Part shown: positions 48,150-57,395 of the stretch, piece by piece
Numbering within the stretch: the first letter of the stretch is position 1
Layout: each line of letters starts with the position of its first letter
Assembly: GCA_903904335.1 (NCBI GenBank)
Contig: CAIVCF010000153.1
Span: 13,070 to 77,069, forward strand
From: an uncultured Chitinophagaceae bacterium
GTDB lineage: Bacteria; Bacteroidota; Bacteroidia; Chitinophagales; Chitinophagaceae
Length of the DNA: 64,000 nucleotides
Direction: 5' to 3'
Notes under the pieces: model-generated
What the model saw: only the letters and a program-made list of their open reading frames with translations
Database searches by the model: none
Told to the model about the DNA's origin: nothing
Program-made: the position numbers and the translations under genes

Positions 48150-48244
48150 AAATTTTTTGTCACAGATCATACAGAAATACACGGATTTATATTGTAATAA
48201 TTTTTCTGTGTTTTCCGTGCTTTCGTGGCAATGGAAAATAAGGG

Positions 48245-48847
48245 TTAATCTTTAGAAACCGTCATTGCTTTTAATTTCTCGATCGTTTCTCTGATTTCTT
48301 TGATGCTCCAGAAACGATACACTTCAGGATCTTTATCTCCTATTTTTTCAATGCTTGTCATGCGATGATAAGGCGTTACCATAAATGCATCTAAATTATT
48401 AGTGATCTTTGCAGCCTGATAAGGAAGTATAAAATAATTTCTATTGGCCGGAGATACATTTTTATTTTGAACCAATAATTGTAAAGAATCAATCGCTCTT
48501 TTTAATGCATCTTGTGAAACCGTTGTATAAGTATCGCTTGGCACGCCATATTTTTGGAAACTGCCAATGATGGTATCGTTCTTTCCGTTCAATAAAAAAT
48601 ATCCGTCGCCGTCGCTATCAATATCAATGGTAACATTACCATCATCTTTTTTTAGAATCAGGCGCAATGTTTTTGGTTCATTAGTGAAGTCTGTGGGCAT
48701 TTCATTAGTTCCTCCCCCATCCTTAAGTGTGATAGTATCAGCATTTATATGTATTGATCCTTTAGCAATAACTAAAACCCTTTTAGTATTTCCGGAGCAA
48801 GAACTAAGTAAAAGCAAAACGAATAAGGAATAAAAAGTAAGTCTCAT
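48245..48847 (-). CDS. hypothetical lipoprotein
   Basis: Lipobox LLSSCSG. No recognisable catalytic motif. Confidence 0.6.
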   Translation of the reverse strand: MRLTFYSLFVLLLLSSCSGNTKRVLVIAKGSIHINADTITLKDGGGTNEMPTDFTNEPKTLRLILKKDDGNVTIDIDSDGDGYFLLNGKNDTIIGSFQKYGVPSDTYTTVSQDALKRAIDSLQLLVQNKNVSPANRNYFILPYQAAKITNNLDAFMVTPYHRMTSIEKIGDKDPEVYRFWSIKEIRETIEKLKAMTVSKD

Positions 48848-48863
48848 ATGGTTGTTTTAGCAA

Positions 48864-48893
48864 TAAAAAAATCCTCTTTGTTCAAGAGGATTT
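48864..48893 (-). terminator. rho-independent terminator after superoxide dismutase
   Basis: The minus strand reads aaatcctctt-gaaca-aagaggattt followed by T7. Confidence 0.7.
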
Positions 48894-48917
48894 AAAAGTA
48901 GAATATTTTTTGATTGA

Positions 48918-49523
48918 TTATATCGCAGCAGCAAAACGTTCTGCAACTTTATTCCAGTTCACTACATTCCAGAATGCACCCAGATAATCAGCACGACGAT
49001 TTTGATATTTCAGATAATAGGCGTGTTCCCAAACATCCACACCAAGAATAGTTGTTCCTTTTACATCAGCAACATCCATCAAAGGATTATCCTGATTGGG
49101 TGTTGATGATATTTCTAATTTGCCATCCTTTACTAATAACCAAGCCCAGCCGCTTCCGAAACGCGTTAATCCTGCAGCGGTAAATTTTTCTTTGAATACA
49201 TCGAATGAACCGAATGCAGTAGTAATTGCATCAGCCAATGCACCATCTGGAGTTCCTCCAGCCTTAGGAGCTAAACTTTCCCAAAAGAAACTGTGATTCC
49301 AATGACCACCACCATTATTACGAACAGCAGGAGAAATAGTACCTGCATGTTTTACCAATTCTTCTAGACTTTTTCCCTCATTAGGCGTGCCTGCAATTGC
49401 TTTGTTCAGATTGTCAACATAAGCCTGATGATGTTTGCCATGATGTATTTGCATGGTCAATGTATCAATATGCGGTTCTAATGCTTCGTGAGCATAAGGT
49501 AATGCGGGTAATGTAAATGCCAT
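48918..49523 (-). CDS. superoxide dismutase (Fe/Mn family)
   Basis: [28 protein letters not shown].. and DVWEHAYYL metal-ligand motifs. Confidence 0.95.
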   Translation of the reverse strand: MAFTLPALPYAHEALEPHIDTLTMQIHHGKHHQAYVDNLNKAIAGTPNEGKSLEELVKHAGTISPAVRNNGGGHWNHSFFWESLAPKAGGTPDGALADAITTAFGSFDVFKEKFTAAGLTRFGSGWAWLLVKDGKLEISSTPNQDNPLMDVADVKGTTILGVDVWEHAYYLKYQNRRADYLGAFWNVVNWNKVAERFAAAI

Positions 49524-49660
49524 AACGATATTTTTATTTGATGAATGAAAGGATTACAAATTTAGCCAATCAAAATTTAAAGACTATATATTTTGTGTTA
49601 ACTGTTTTTAGTTTAAATTCATTCTTTGAATATTATTCCTCATCTCGAAACGATTCTGCT

Positions 49661-51028
49661 ATGGACAAAAAAAATTCATCTCAATCAAGACGTTCTTTTA
49701 TCAACAAATTTTCTAAATCAATTGCTGCTGCTGCATTATTGCCTGCTATCGGAAATGCGGCATCACCAGAAAGCACTATTGAATTAATCAGAAAAAATAA
49801 GATCAGTGCGAATGACCATATTCAAATTGCATTGATTGGCGCAGGCGGTATGGGCAGCGCCGATGCTAATACGGCAATCACTTTGCCCGGCATTAAATTA
49901 ATTGCTGCCTGTGACTTATATGACGGAAGATTGGCGGATGCAAAAAAGAAATATGGCAATGATATTTATACAACAAAAGATTTTCATGATATCATTAATC
50001 GAAAAGATGTGGATGCGGTGATTGTTGCAACTCCCGATCATTGGCATAAAGATATTTCCGTTGCGGCGATGAATGCCGGTAAACATGTGTACTGTGAAAA
50101 ACCAATGGTGCATGATATTACTGAAGGCGCCGCTGTTGTGGAAGCACAGAACAGAAATAAAGTTGTATTTCAGGTGGGAAGTCAGGGAATGAGTTCTCTG
50201 GGCAATGAAAAGGCAAAAGAATTATTAGCCGCAGGTGCGATCGGTAAATTAAATTATGCAGAAGGTTTTTGGGCTCGTAATTCTCCATGGGGTGCATGGC
50301 AATATGATATTCCTGCGGATGCATCGGAAAAAACTGTTGACTGGAAAGTGTTTGAACATAATTTGCCTGACAGACCTTTTGATGCAAAACGTTTTTTCAG
50401 ATGGCGTTGTTATAGGGATTACGGAACGGGTGTTTCGGGTGATCTCTTTGTGCATTTATTTTCAAGTTTACATTTCATCACTAATTCAATTGGGCCAAAT
50501 AAAGTAATGGCAACCGGTGGGATACGTTATTGGAAAGATGGAAGGGAAGTGCCTGATATTTTATTGGGCATGTTTGATTATCCTGAAACCAATGCACATC
50601 CTGCATTTAATTTATCACTGCGAGTGAATTTTGTAGATGGTACTGCAGATAATACTTATTTAAGATTGGTGGGTAATGAAGGATCCATGAATGTAGAGTG
50701 GGATAAAGTCACACTCACTAAAAATAAATCGTATGCTGCTGTTGATGATCCTTTGTTGAAAACAAAAACTAATCAGGATGCTTCCAATTACGAAAGAAAA
50801 AAAATGTTGCCGCCTGATACAACTGTGTTCAAAGCAGAAGATGGTTATAAAGGCGCGCACTATGACCATTTCAATCACTTCTTTACCTGCATCAGAACGG
50901 GTGCTGTTTCTAAAGAAGATGCATTGTTTGGTTATCGTGCAGCGGCTCCTGCATTGCTTTGTAACGATAGTTATTTTAAAGAAAGAGCGATTAAGTGGGA
51001 TCCGTTGAATCTTAAATTGATTGGTTAA
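49661..51028 (+). CDS. Gfo/Idh/MocA family oxidoreductase with twin-arginine signal
   Basis: Tat motif SRRSFINKF plus h-region. Rossmann IALIGAGGMG, EKP motif (VYCEKPM). ATG at 49661 is preferred over 49538. Confidence 0.85.
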   Translation: MDKKNSSQSRRSFINKFSKSIAAAALLPAIGNAASPESTIELIRKNKISANDHIQIALIGAGGMGSADANTAITLPGIKLIAACDLYDGRLADAKKKYGNDIYTTKDFHDIINRKDVDAVIVATPDHWHKDISVAAMNAGKHVYCEKPMVHDITEGAAVVEAQNRNKVVFQVGSQGMSSLGNEKAKELLAAGAIGKLNYAEGFWARNSPWGAWQYDIPADASEKTVDWKVFEHNLPDRPFDAKRFFRWRCYRDYGTGVSGDLFVHLFSSLHFITNSIGPNKVMATGGIRYWKDGREVPDILLGMFDYPETNAHPAFNLSLRVNFVDGTADNTYLRLVGNEGSMNVEWDKVTLTKNKSYAAVDDPLLKTKTNQDASNYERKKMLPPDTTVFKAEDGYKGAHYDHFNHFFTCIRTGAVSKEDALFGYRAAAPALLCNDSYFKERAIKWDPLNLKLIG

Positions 51029-51037
51029 ATCATATAT

Positions 51038-51065
51038 AAAAATCCCGCCATAAGAGCGGGATTTT
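51038..51065. terminator. bidirectional terminator hairpin between convergent genes
   Basis: aaaaatcccgc-cataaga-gcgggattttt. Confidence 0.7.
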
Positions 51066-51070
51066 TATTG

Positions 51071-51517
51071 CTATCTTTTATTTTTAAAGAAAGATCTCAT
51101 TAAAAAAGCGCAATCATTTTCTAAAACACCTTTTACCAATTCTGCTTTTGGATGAAACGGCCATGCCTCTTTTGCAATGCGCTTGAAGCCATTCTTTTCA
51201 TCGCTGGCGCCATACACGATCCTTCCGATCTTTCCCCAAAAGATCGCACCACAACACATTAAACAAGGTTCGAGTGTAACATATAAGGTTGCTTCAGGTA
51301 AATACTTTGCACCTAATGATTGATAGGCAGATGTAAGTGCGAGTATTTCTGCATGAGCAGTTGAATCATTCAACAATTCAACCTGATTATAAGCCCTTGC
51401 AATTATTTTATTGTTGACGACCACGACAGCACCAACAGGCACTTCATCTTTTTCAAATGCAAGTTCTGCCTGCTTCAAAGCTTCACGCATAAAATATTCA
51501 TCATTCAATAATTCCAT
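51071..51517 (-). CDS. tadA: tRNA adenosine(34) deaminase
   Basis: CMP/dCMP deaminase zinc motifs HAEILAL and PCLMCCGA; 148 aa. Confidence 0.92.
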   Translation of the reverse strand: MELLNDEYFMREALKQAELAFEKDEVPVGAVVVVNNKIIARAYNQVELLNDSTAHAEILALTSAYQSLGAKYLPEATLYVTLEPCLMCCGAIFWGKIGRIVYGASDEKNGFKRIAKEAWPFHPKAELVKGVLENDCAFLMRSFFKNKR

Positions 51518-51561
51518 CCGGCTAAGTTAAAAACATTTAATGGATGCGTGTTTACAAATAA

Positions 51562-51596
51562 AAAAAGCCATCTGATCTTTTTGTCAAATGGCTTTT
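51562..51596 (-). terminator. rho-independent terminator after the DUF1080 gene
   Basis: aaaaagccat..(loop)..atggcttttt, with a T-run on the minus strand. Confidence 0.6.
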
Positions 51597-51612
51597 TATA
51601 AAAATGAATTTA

Positions 51613-52314
51613 TTATAATTTCTTGATCACAATATTCCTGAACCAAACATCATTCCCATGATCTTGCAAAGCAATTTTTCCTTTTGTAAATGTTCCGAAG
51701 TTTGGCATTGATTTAAATTTACTTTCTGCGATCAATTTTTTCCAATTATAATCCCACATAGTTGTTGAAACCACAGTTGTGCCGTTAAGTTTTAATTCTA
51801 ATTTCCCTTTGTTACAGATGATTTCAACTTCATTCCATTCACCAACTGCTTTGACTGTTTCTTTTGAACATGCGATCAAATCATATAGATCACCTGCACG
51901 ATGTTTGTGAATTTTTCCATCGGGATGACCATCGTTATCCAATATTTGCATCTCCATTCCTGTTCTCCAGCTTTCATCATACAAGGGTACTTCTTCATGC
52001 ACATTGAAAATGATACCGCTGTTGCCATCTTTAGAAATTTTCCATTCTAATTTCAAATCATAATTTTCAAATTCATCGTTGGTAACCAAATCGCCACCGC
52101 CATCAGTTTGATAAGTTTTTTTTGCAGCAGCACTTAAATGTATCGCACCATCTTCTACTTGCCAGGCCTTACCCGGAGCGGATTTGCCGTAACTGTGCCA
52201 ACCTTTGGTTGAAACACCATCAAATAAAGAAACCCAACCCTTTTCGTTTTTTGTTTGTGCGTTGCAAAACAAAAACGAGGTTGAAACGATTGCAAGTAAA
52301 AAAAAATGGCGCAT
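51613..52314 (-). CDS. DUF1080 (3-keto-disaccharide hydrolase family) secreted protein
   Basis: Signal peptide. GWVSLFDG..GW, WQVEDGAI, SGIIF, E-QILD and GKIALQDHGNDVWFRNI are the typical DUF1080 / concanavalin-like pattern. Confidence 0.8.
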   Translation of the reverse strand: MRHFFLLAIVSTSFLFCNAQTKNEKGWVSLFDGVSTKGWHSYGKSAPGKAWQVEDGAIHLSAAAKKTYQTDGGGDLVTNDEFENYDLKLEWKISKDGNSGIIFNVHEEVPLYDESWRTGMEMQILDNDGHPDGKIHKHRAGDLYDLIACSKETVKAVGEWNEVEIICNKGKLELKLNGTTVVSTTMWDYNWKKLIAESKFKSMPNFGTFTKGKIALQDHGNDVWFRNIVIKKL

Positions 52315-52316
52315 GT

Positions 52317-52688
52317 TTATTTGGTTTTAAGTAACAGAATATATTTTACTATTTGTTCAGCGTCTTCTTTTGATAATGCAGCATGAGGTGCCATAGGAAT
52401 TTGTCCCCAAACACCAGATCCGCCTTTCACTACTTTATCAGCCAACATCGATATATCTGCACTTGTATATTTATTGGCGACATCTCTGTAAGCAGGGCCC
52501 ACTAATTTTTCAGATACTTTATGACAGGTTAAACAATCATTTTTTGCGATCAATGCCAATCCTTTCTGATAATCAGGATTAGAACTGTTATCCACTACTT
52601 TTTCTGCACCGGGTGCAGGTTTGCTTTCACTACTTCCGCATGCAGTCATTAATAGAATTGCCGCCATTGCTGCTAAATACTTTTTCAT
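52317..52688 (-). CDS. c-type cytochrome lipoprotein
   Basis: Lipobox LMTACG, haem-binding CLTCH, distal Met in GQIPMAPH. Its stop lies 2 nt from the DUF1080 start. Confidence 0.85.
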   Translation of the reverse strand: MKKYLAAMAAILLMTACGSSESKPAPGAEKVVDNSSNPDYQKGLALIAKNDCLTCHKVSEKLVGPAYRDVANKYTSADISMLADKVVKGGSGVWGQIPMAPHAALSKEDAEQIVKYILLLKTK

Positions 52689-52757
52689 CGATAAATTTTT
52701 TAATTTTTAATGTTATCACAACATTGTTATGTAATAGAATTTCGAAATGTAAAATTA

Positions 52758-53813
52758 TCAATCAATTCCCAGAATACGTTGATTAAAATTTTCATCTGCA
52801 CCGGTTCCTGCAAAATCATCAAAAGCTTTTTCTGTAACTGTAATAATATGATCGCTGATAAATGCAGCGCCTTCTTTTGCGCCATCTTCTGAATTCTTAA
52901 TGCAACATTCCCATTCCAAAACAGCCCATCCTTTATAATCGTATGATGCTAATTTGGAAAAAATGGATTTAAAATCAACCTGGCCATCCCCCAAAGAACG
53001 AAAACGTCCTGCACGATCAATCCAGTTTTGATAACCACCATATACACCTTGTTTTCCTGATGCATTGAACTCGGCGTCTTTTACATGAAATGCTTTGATG
53101 CGTTGATGATAATGATCGATATATGTTTTGTAATCCAAACATTGTAATACAAAATGTGATGGATCATACAACAAACATGCACGAGGATGTTGATTCACTT
53201 TATCTAAAAACATTTCATAAGTAATACCGTCATGCAAATCTTCTCCGGGATGAATTTCATAACAAACATCTACACCGCATTCATCAAACACATTTAATAT
53301 CGGCAACCATCTTTTTGCTAATTCTGTAAAACCTGTTTCAACCAATCCGGCAGGACGCTGCGGCCAGGGATACATCGTATGCCATAACAATGCTCCACTG
53401 AAAGTAGCGTGAGCATTGAGTCCTAACCAGTGGGATGCTTTTGCTGCATATTTTAATTGTTGTGTCGCCCATTCACTTCTTGCTTTATTATTTCCTCTTA
53501 CTGATTCTGGAGCAAAGCCATCAAACAATGCATCATAAGCGGGATTCACTGCAACCAATTGTCCTTGCAAATGCGTTGATAATTCTGTTATTTCCAATCC
53601 GGCCTCATGCACGATTCCTTTTAATTCTTCGCAGTATGTTTTACTTTCACCGGCTTTTTGCAGATCGATGCAACGTGCATCCCATGTTGGAATTTGCACA
53701 CCCTTGTAACCTAATGCTGCAGACCATTTGCAGATATCTTTTAAATTGTTGTAGGGAGAAGTGTCTCCCATAAACTGTGCTAAAAAAATAGCAGGACCTT
53801 TAATTGTTGTCAT
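52758..53813 (-). CDS. sugar phosphate isomerase/epimerase (xylose isomerase-like TIM barrel), no signal peptide
   Basis: 351 aa. Alternating barrel pattern with YEIHPGE and FHVKD metal-ligand-type motifs. Confidence 0.75.
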   Translation of the reverse strand: MTTIKGPAIFLAQFMGDTSPYNNLKDICKWSAALGYKGVQIPTWDARCIDLQKAGESKTYCEELKGIVHEAGLEITELSTHLQGQLVAVNPAYDALFDGFAPESVRGNNKARSEWATQQLKYAAKASHWLGLNAHATFSGALLWHTMYPWPQRPAGLVETGFTELAKRWLPILNVFDECGVDVCYEIHPGEDLHDGITYEMFLDKVNQHPRACLLYDPSHFVLQCLDYKTYIDHYHQRIKAFHVKDAEFNASGKQGVYGGYQNWIDRAGRFRSLGDGQVDFKSIFSKLASYDYKGWAVLEWECCIKNSEDGAKEGAAFISDHIITVTEKAFDDFAGTGADENFNQRILGID

Positions 53814-53855
53814 AATTTTTTATTTGACGAGCATTTGAACAAGTACCATCATCAA

Positions 53856-55022
53856 CTATATTTCAAATTTTGTCCATTTTTTATCGCTCTTTGAAGAAGC
53901 AACAACAGCATCAATAAATGCCATTCCTCTAATGCCATCTTCAACAGAAGGAAAATCTAAATTTTCTTTAGATGCTTGTATGCCTTCAATCTTAGCAGAT
54001 AATGTTTGTGCAAAATTGTTATAAATATTTCCAAATGCTTCGAGATAACCTTCCGGATGTCCGCCTGGAGTTCTGCAATTGCTTGTTGCGTAACTTGATA
54101 AAGTTCCTCCATAATTTGCTCCGGCTCTTAAAATTTGTGCCGGCGCATCTAGCCATTTTACGATTAAAGTATTGGGTTCATGTTGCGCCCATTCAATACC
54201 ACCCTTTTCTCCATACACTCGAATCTTCAATGCGTTCTCTTCACCTGCTGCAACCTGCGATGCCATTAACACTCCGGCTGCACCATTATTAAATTTCAAT
54301 AATACATTGCCATCATCATCCAATGCTCTTCCCTCCACCATGATATTGAGATCGGCACATAATTCTGTTATCTGTAAACCGGTAATATATTCTGACAAAT
54401 GAGCTGCATGTGTTCCGATATCTCCCATCGATCCTGCCTTACCGCTTTTCTTGGGATCTGTTCTCCATGCGGCTTGTGCATTGCCTTCTCTTTCACTCAA
54501 TTTACTTAACCATCCTTGCGGATATTCCACCCAGACTTTTCTGATCTTTCCCAACATACCCTCTTTGACCATTGCTTTGGCCTGTTTCACCATTGGATAA
54601 CCTGAATAAGTATGTGTTAAGCAAAGCAATAATCCTGTTTCTTCTACTTTTTGTTTTAATTGTTTTGCTTCATCCAAAGAAAATGCAATGGGCTTTTCAA
54701 TCACTACATGAAATCCATGATCCAATGCCATCATGGCCGGTGCAAAATGTGCGAAGTTGGGGGTTACTATAGTTACAAAATCAATTCTTTTATCTGCAGG
54801 TAATTGACTTTCTTTTTTGATCATCTCTTCGAAATTGAGATAGATCCTGTCTTCATTCAAGAATAGTGACCTTCCTGAATCAACTGCTATATCAGGATTG
54901 ATGCTTAGTGCGCCGCAGGATAATTCAATCAATCCGTCCATATTGGCAGCTATGCGGTGAATGGCACCGATGAATGCATCTTTTCCTCCGCCAATCATTC
55001 CATATCTTAATTTTCTTTTCAT
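53856..55022 (-). CDS. Gfo/Idh/MocA family oxidoreductase, no signal peptide
   Basis: Rossmann LRYGMIGGGKDAFIG and EKP motif (VVIEKPI). Confidence 0.85.
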   Translation of the reverse strand: MKRKLRYGMIGGGKDAFIGAIHRIAANMDGLIELSCGALSINPDIAVDSGRSLFLNEDRIYLNFEEMIKKESQLPADKRIDFVTIVTPNFAHFAPAMMALDHGFHVVIEKPIAFSLDEAKQLKQKVEETGLLLCLTHTYSGYPMVKQAKAMVKEGMLGKIRKVWVEYPQGWLSKLSEREGNAQAAWRTDPKKSGKAGSMGDIGTHAAHLSEYITGLQITELCADLNIMVEGRALDDDGNVLLKFNNGAAGVLMASQVAAGEENALKIRVYGEKGGIEWAQHEPNTLIVKWLDAPAQILRAGANYGGTLSSYATSNCRTPGGHPEGYLEAFGNIYNNFAQTLSAKIEGIQASKENLDFPSVEDGIRGMAFIDAVVASSKSDKKWTKFEI

Positions 55023-55210
55023 AATGACAGCATTTAGTTTTTAAAGATCGTAATAATAGGAAGATGAAGTAATAAAAAAATTTTCAGCTTTAAAACAAAA
55101 TCAGTAATTGATATTAATCAAAAATTTTAGAAGCGGGAATTGTTATTCGAAAATAAAAAATTACATTTAAATCTCTTTTCTCAAAAACGAGTAAATCTAA
55201 CTTAACGATT

Positions 55211-56449
55211 ATGCCAACTAACATCCAACGAAACAAATTATTTGTGGCCAGTTGTCTGGCTTTATTAGTTACTTCTTTATCATTCGGAATCCGAGCCGGA
55301 GTTTTAAATCAGCAGGGGATTGATTTTCATTTAACAGCTACAGAATTGGGAACCATTGCAGCAACGGCATTCTGGGGATTTCCATTGGCAGTGGTTATTG
55401 GTGGTATTGTAGTTGACATTATTGGAATGAAAAAACTGTTGGTGATGGCTTTTATCTTTCATTTGGCGGGAATATTATTGACCATTTTTGCAAGTGGTTA
55501 TTGGACATTATTCATCTCAACTTTATTGATCGGTATAGCGAACGGAACTGTAGAAGCTGCTTGTAATCCATTGGTTACATCATTGTATCCTGATAATAAA
55601 ACAACAAAACTGAATCATTTTCATTTATGGTTTCCCGGAGGGATTGTAATCGGAACATTGATCGTTTTCCTTTTCAATAAAATAGGATTGGGTACACAAA
55701 TGCAGGTAGGCGTTATGCTTATCCCTGCTGCATTGTACGGCTATCTATTTTATGAATTGGAATTTCCGAAAACAGAAAGGGTATCGAGCGGTGTTTCAAC
55801 TTCAGACATGTATTCAGCGTTATTGAATCCGCTTTTCTTATTTATGATCATCTGTATGTTCGGTACTGCGATCACCGAATTATTTACAGGACAATGGATC
55901 GATGTTTTATTAAAGAATGTGAGCGACAATGCGATTCTTCTACTAACCATCGAAACGGGTATCATGGTAGTGGGAAGAGGTTTTGCGGGTCCTGTTGTTC
56001 ATAAGTTTTCACCGCAAGGTGTATTATTAATTTCCGCAGTTTTAGCAGCAGTCGGATTATATCTTTTAAGTCATACAAACGGTAATATGTTATTTGTTGG
56101 TGCAATCATTTTCGGAATGGGTGTTTGTTATTTCTGGCCAACTATGTTAGGATTTGTTTCTGAAAACTTACCGAAAACAGGAGCAGTCGGTATTAATTTA
56201 ATGGGCGGTGCCGGAATGTTTGCCGTTTCTGTTTATATGATTTTTATGGGAGGATTCTATGACAGATTAGTTGCTGCTAAAGTTCCCGCAGGTACTTCAG
56301 ATGCTGACATGGCAAATGTTTTAGTCCAAGCAAAAAAATCTGCCGGACCTGAAATTATTAATGCCACATTGATCATTCCTTTGGTTCTAATTATTGCTTT
56401 TGCAGGTTTAAATATCTATATGCGCAGAAAGAAAGTTGCAACTGCATAA
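55211..56449 (+). CDS. MFS transporter (sugar-type)
   Basis: 412 aa with about 12 TM segments. Divergent from the oxidoreductase operon. Confidence 0.8.
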   Translation: MPTNIQRNKLFVASCLALLVTSLSFGIRAGVLNQQGIDFHLTATELGTIAATAFWGFPLAVVIGGIVVDIIGMKKLLVMAFIFHLAGILLTIFASGYWTLFISTLLIGIANGTVEAACNPLVTSLYPDNKTTKLNHFHLWFPGGIVIGTLIVFLFNKIGLGTQMQVGVMLIPAALYGYLFYELEFPKTERVSSGVSTSDMYSALLNPLFLFMIICMFGTAITELFTGQWIDVLLKNVSDNAILLLTIETGIMVVGRGFAGPVVHKFSPQGVLLISAVLAAVGLYLLSHTNGNMLFVGAIIFGMGVCYFWPTMLGFVSENLPKTGAVGINLMGGAGMFAVSVYMIFMGGFYDRLVAAKVPAGTSDADMANVLVQAKKSAGPEIINATLIIPLVLIIAFAGLNIYMRRKKVATA

Positions 56450-56466
56450 TATTTCAATCCACAAAA

Positions 56467-57354
56467 ATGACACAACATAAATCAAGAAGAGAGGTTATCA
56501 AAAACATTGCGTTGGGTGCAATGGGAATCGGCGCTGCTTCTGCTTTTTCTTTTGCAGATAAGAATCATCACTCCGAGGATTTTGCATTAAAAGGAAATAT
56601 CAATCATTCTGTTTCTCGATGGACATTCAATTATCTTTCCTTGGATGAATTATGCATTGCAGTAAAAGAAATTGGTTTCAATGCGATTGATCTTACCAAA
56701 CCTGCTGATTGGCCAATCATGCAAAAGCATGGCGTATATGCTTCTATGTGTTATACGGCAGGTGATAATAATTTGAATAAAGGATTAAATAATCCTATCT
56801 ATCAAGAACAATTGATTAAAGAATATGCAGAAACGATTCCTGTTATGGCAAAAGCAGGCTACAAGAATTTAATTTGTTTTACAGGAAAGCGAGACGGGAT
56901 GGATGATGAAACGGGTATGAAAAATTGTATGAGTGCTTTATCTAAAATTTTGCCTGTTGCAGAAAAAAATGGTGTTACCATGGTAATGGAATTATTGAAT
57001 AGTAAGATTGATCACAAAGATTATATGTGCAATCGTGTAGAATGGGGTGCTGAATTGTGCAAACGCGTTGGTTCAGAAAATTTTAAATTGTTGTTCGATA
57101 TTTATCACATGCAGATTCAGGAAGGAGATATCATGAGAAATATCAAAGACTATCATCAATATATTGCACATTATCATACCGGCGGAATTCCGGGCAGGCA
57201 CGAGATCAACGATACTCAGGAACTGTATTATCCTGCAGTAATGAAGGCAATTGTTGAAACAGGATATAAGGGCTATGTTGCTCAGGAATTTACACCAACA
57301 TATAAGAATAAGTTGGACTCATTAAAAGAAGCGATCACAATTTGTGATGTTTAA
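56467..57354 (+). CDS. hydroxypyruvate isomerase-like TIM barrel protein with twin-arginine signal
   Basis: Tat motif SRREVIKNI plus h-region GAMGIGAASAFSFA. TIM-barrel motifs MELLN, FDIYHMQ, AQEF. Confidence 0.78.
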   Translation: MTQHKSRREVIKNIALGAMGIGAASAFSFADKNHHSEDFALKGNINHSVSRWTFNYLSLDELCIAVKEIGFNAIDLTKPADWPIMQKHGVYASMCYTAGDNNLNKGLNNPIYQEQLIKEYAETIPVMAKAGYKNLICFTGKRDGMDDETGMKNCMSALSKILPVAEKNGVTMVMELLNSKIDHKDYMCNRVEWGAELCKRVGSENFKLLFDIYHMQIQEGDIMRNIKDYHQYIAHYHTGGIPGRHEINDTQELYYPAVMKAIVETGYKGYVAQEFTPTYKNKLDSLKEAITICDV

Positions 57355-57395
57355 AAAAATCAATTAAGCAGATATAAATAAACCTAACAAATAAC

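Noticed and set aside
48150-48244. Reiterated words cacag / acagaaa / cacgga and ttctgtg / tccgtg downstream of yidD, which look like an inverted repeat.
   Set aside because: The complementary words occur in the same order rather than mirrored order, so no simple hairpin forms. I found no second copy elsewhere in the window.
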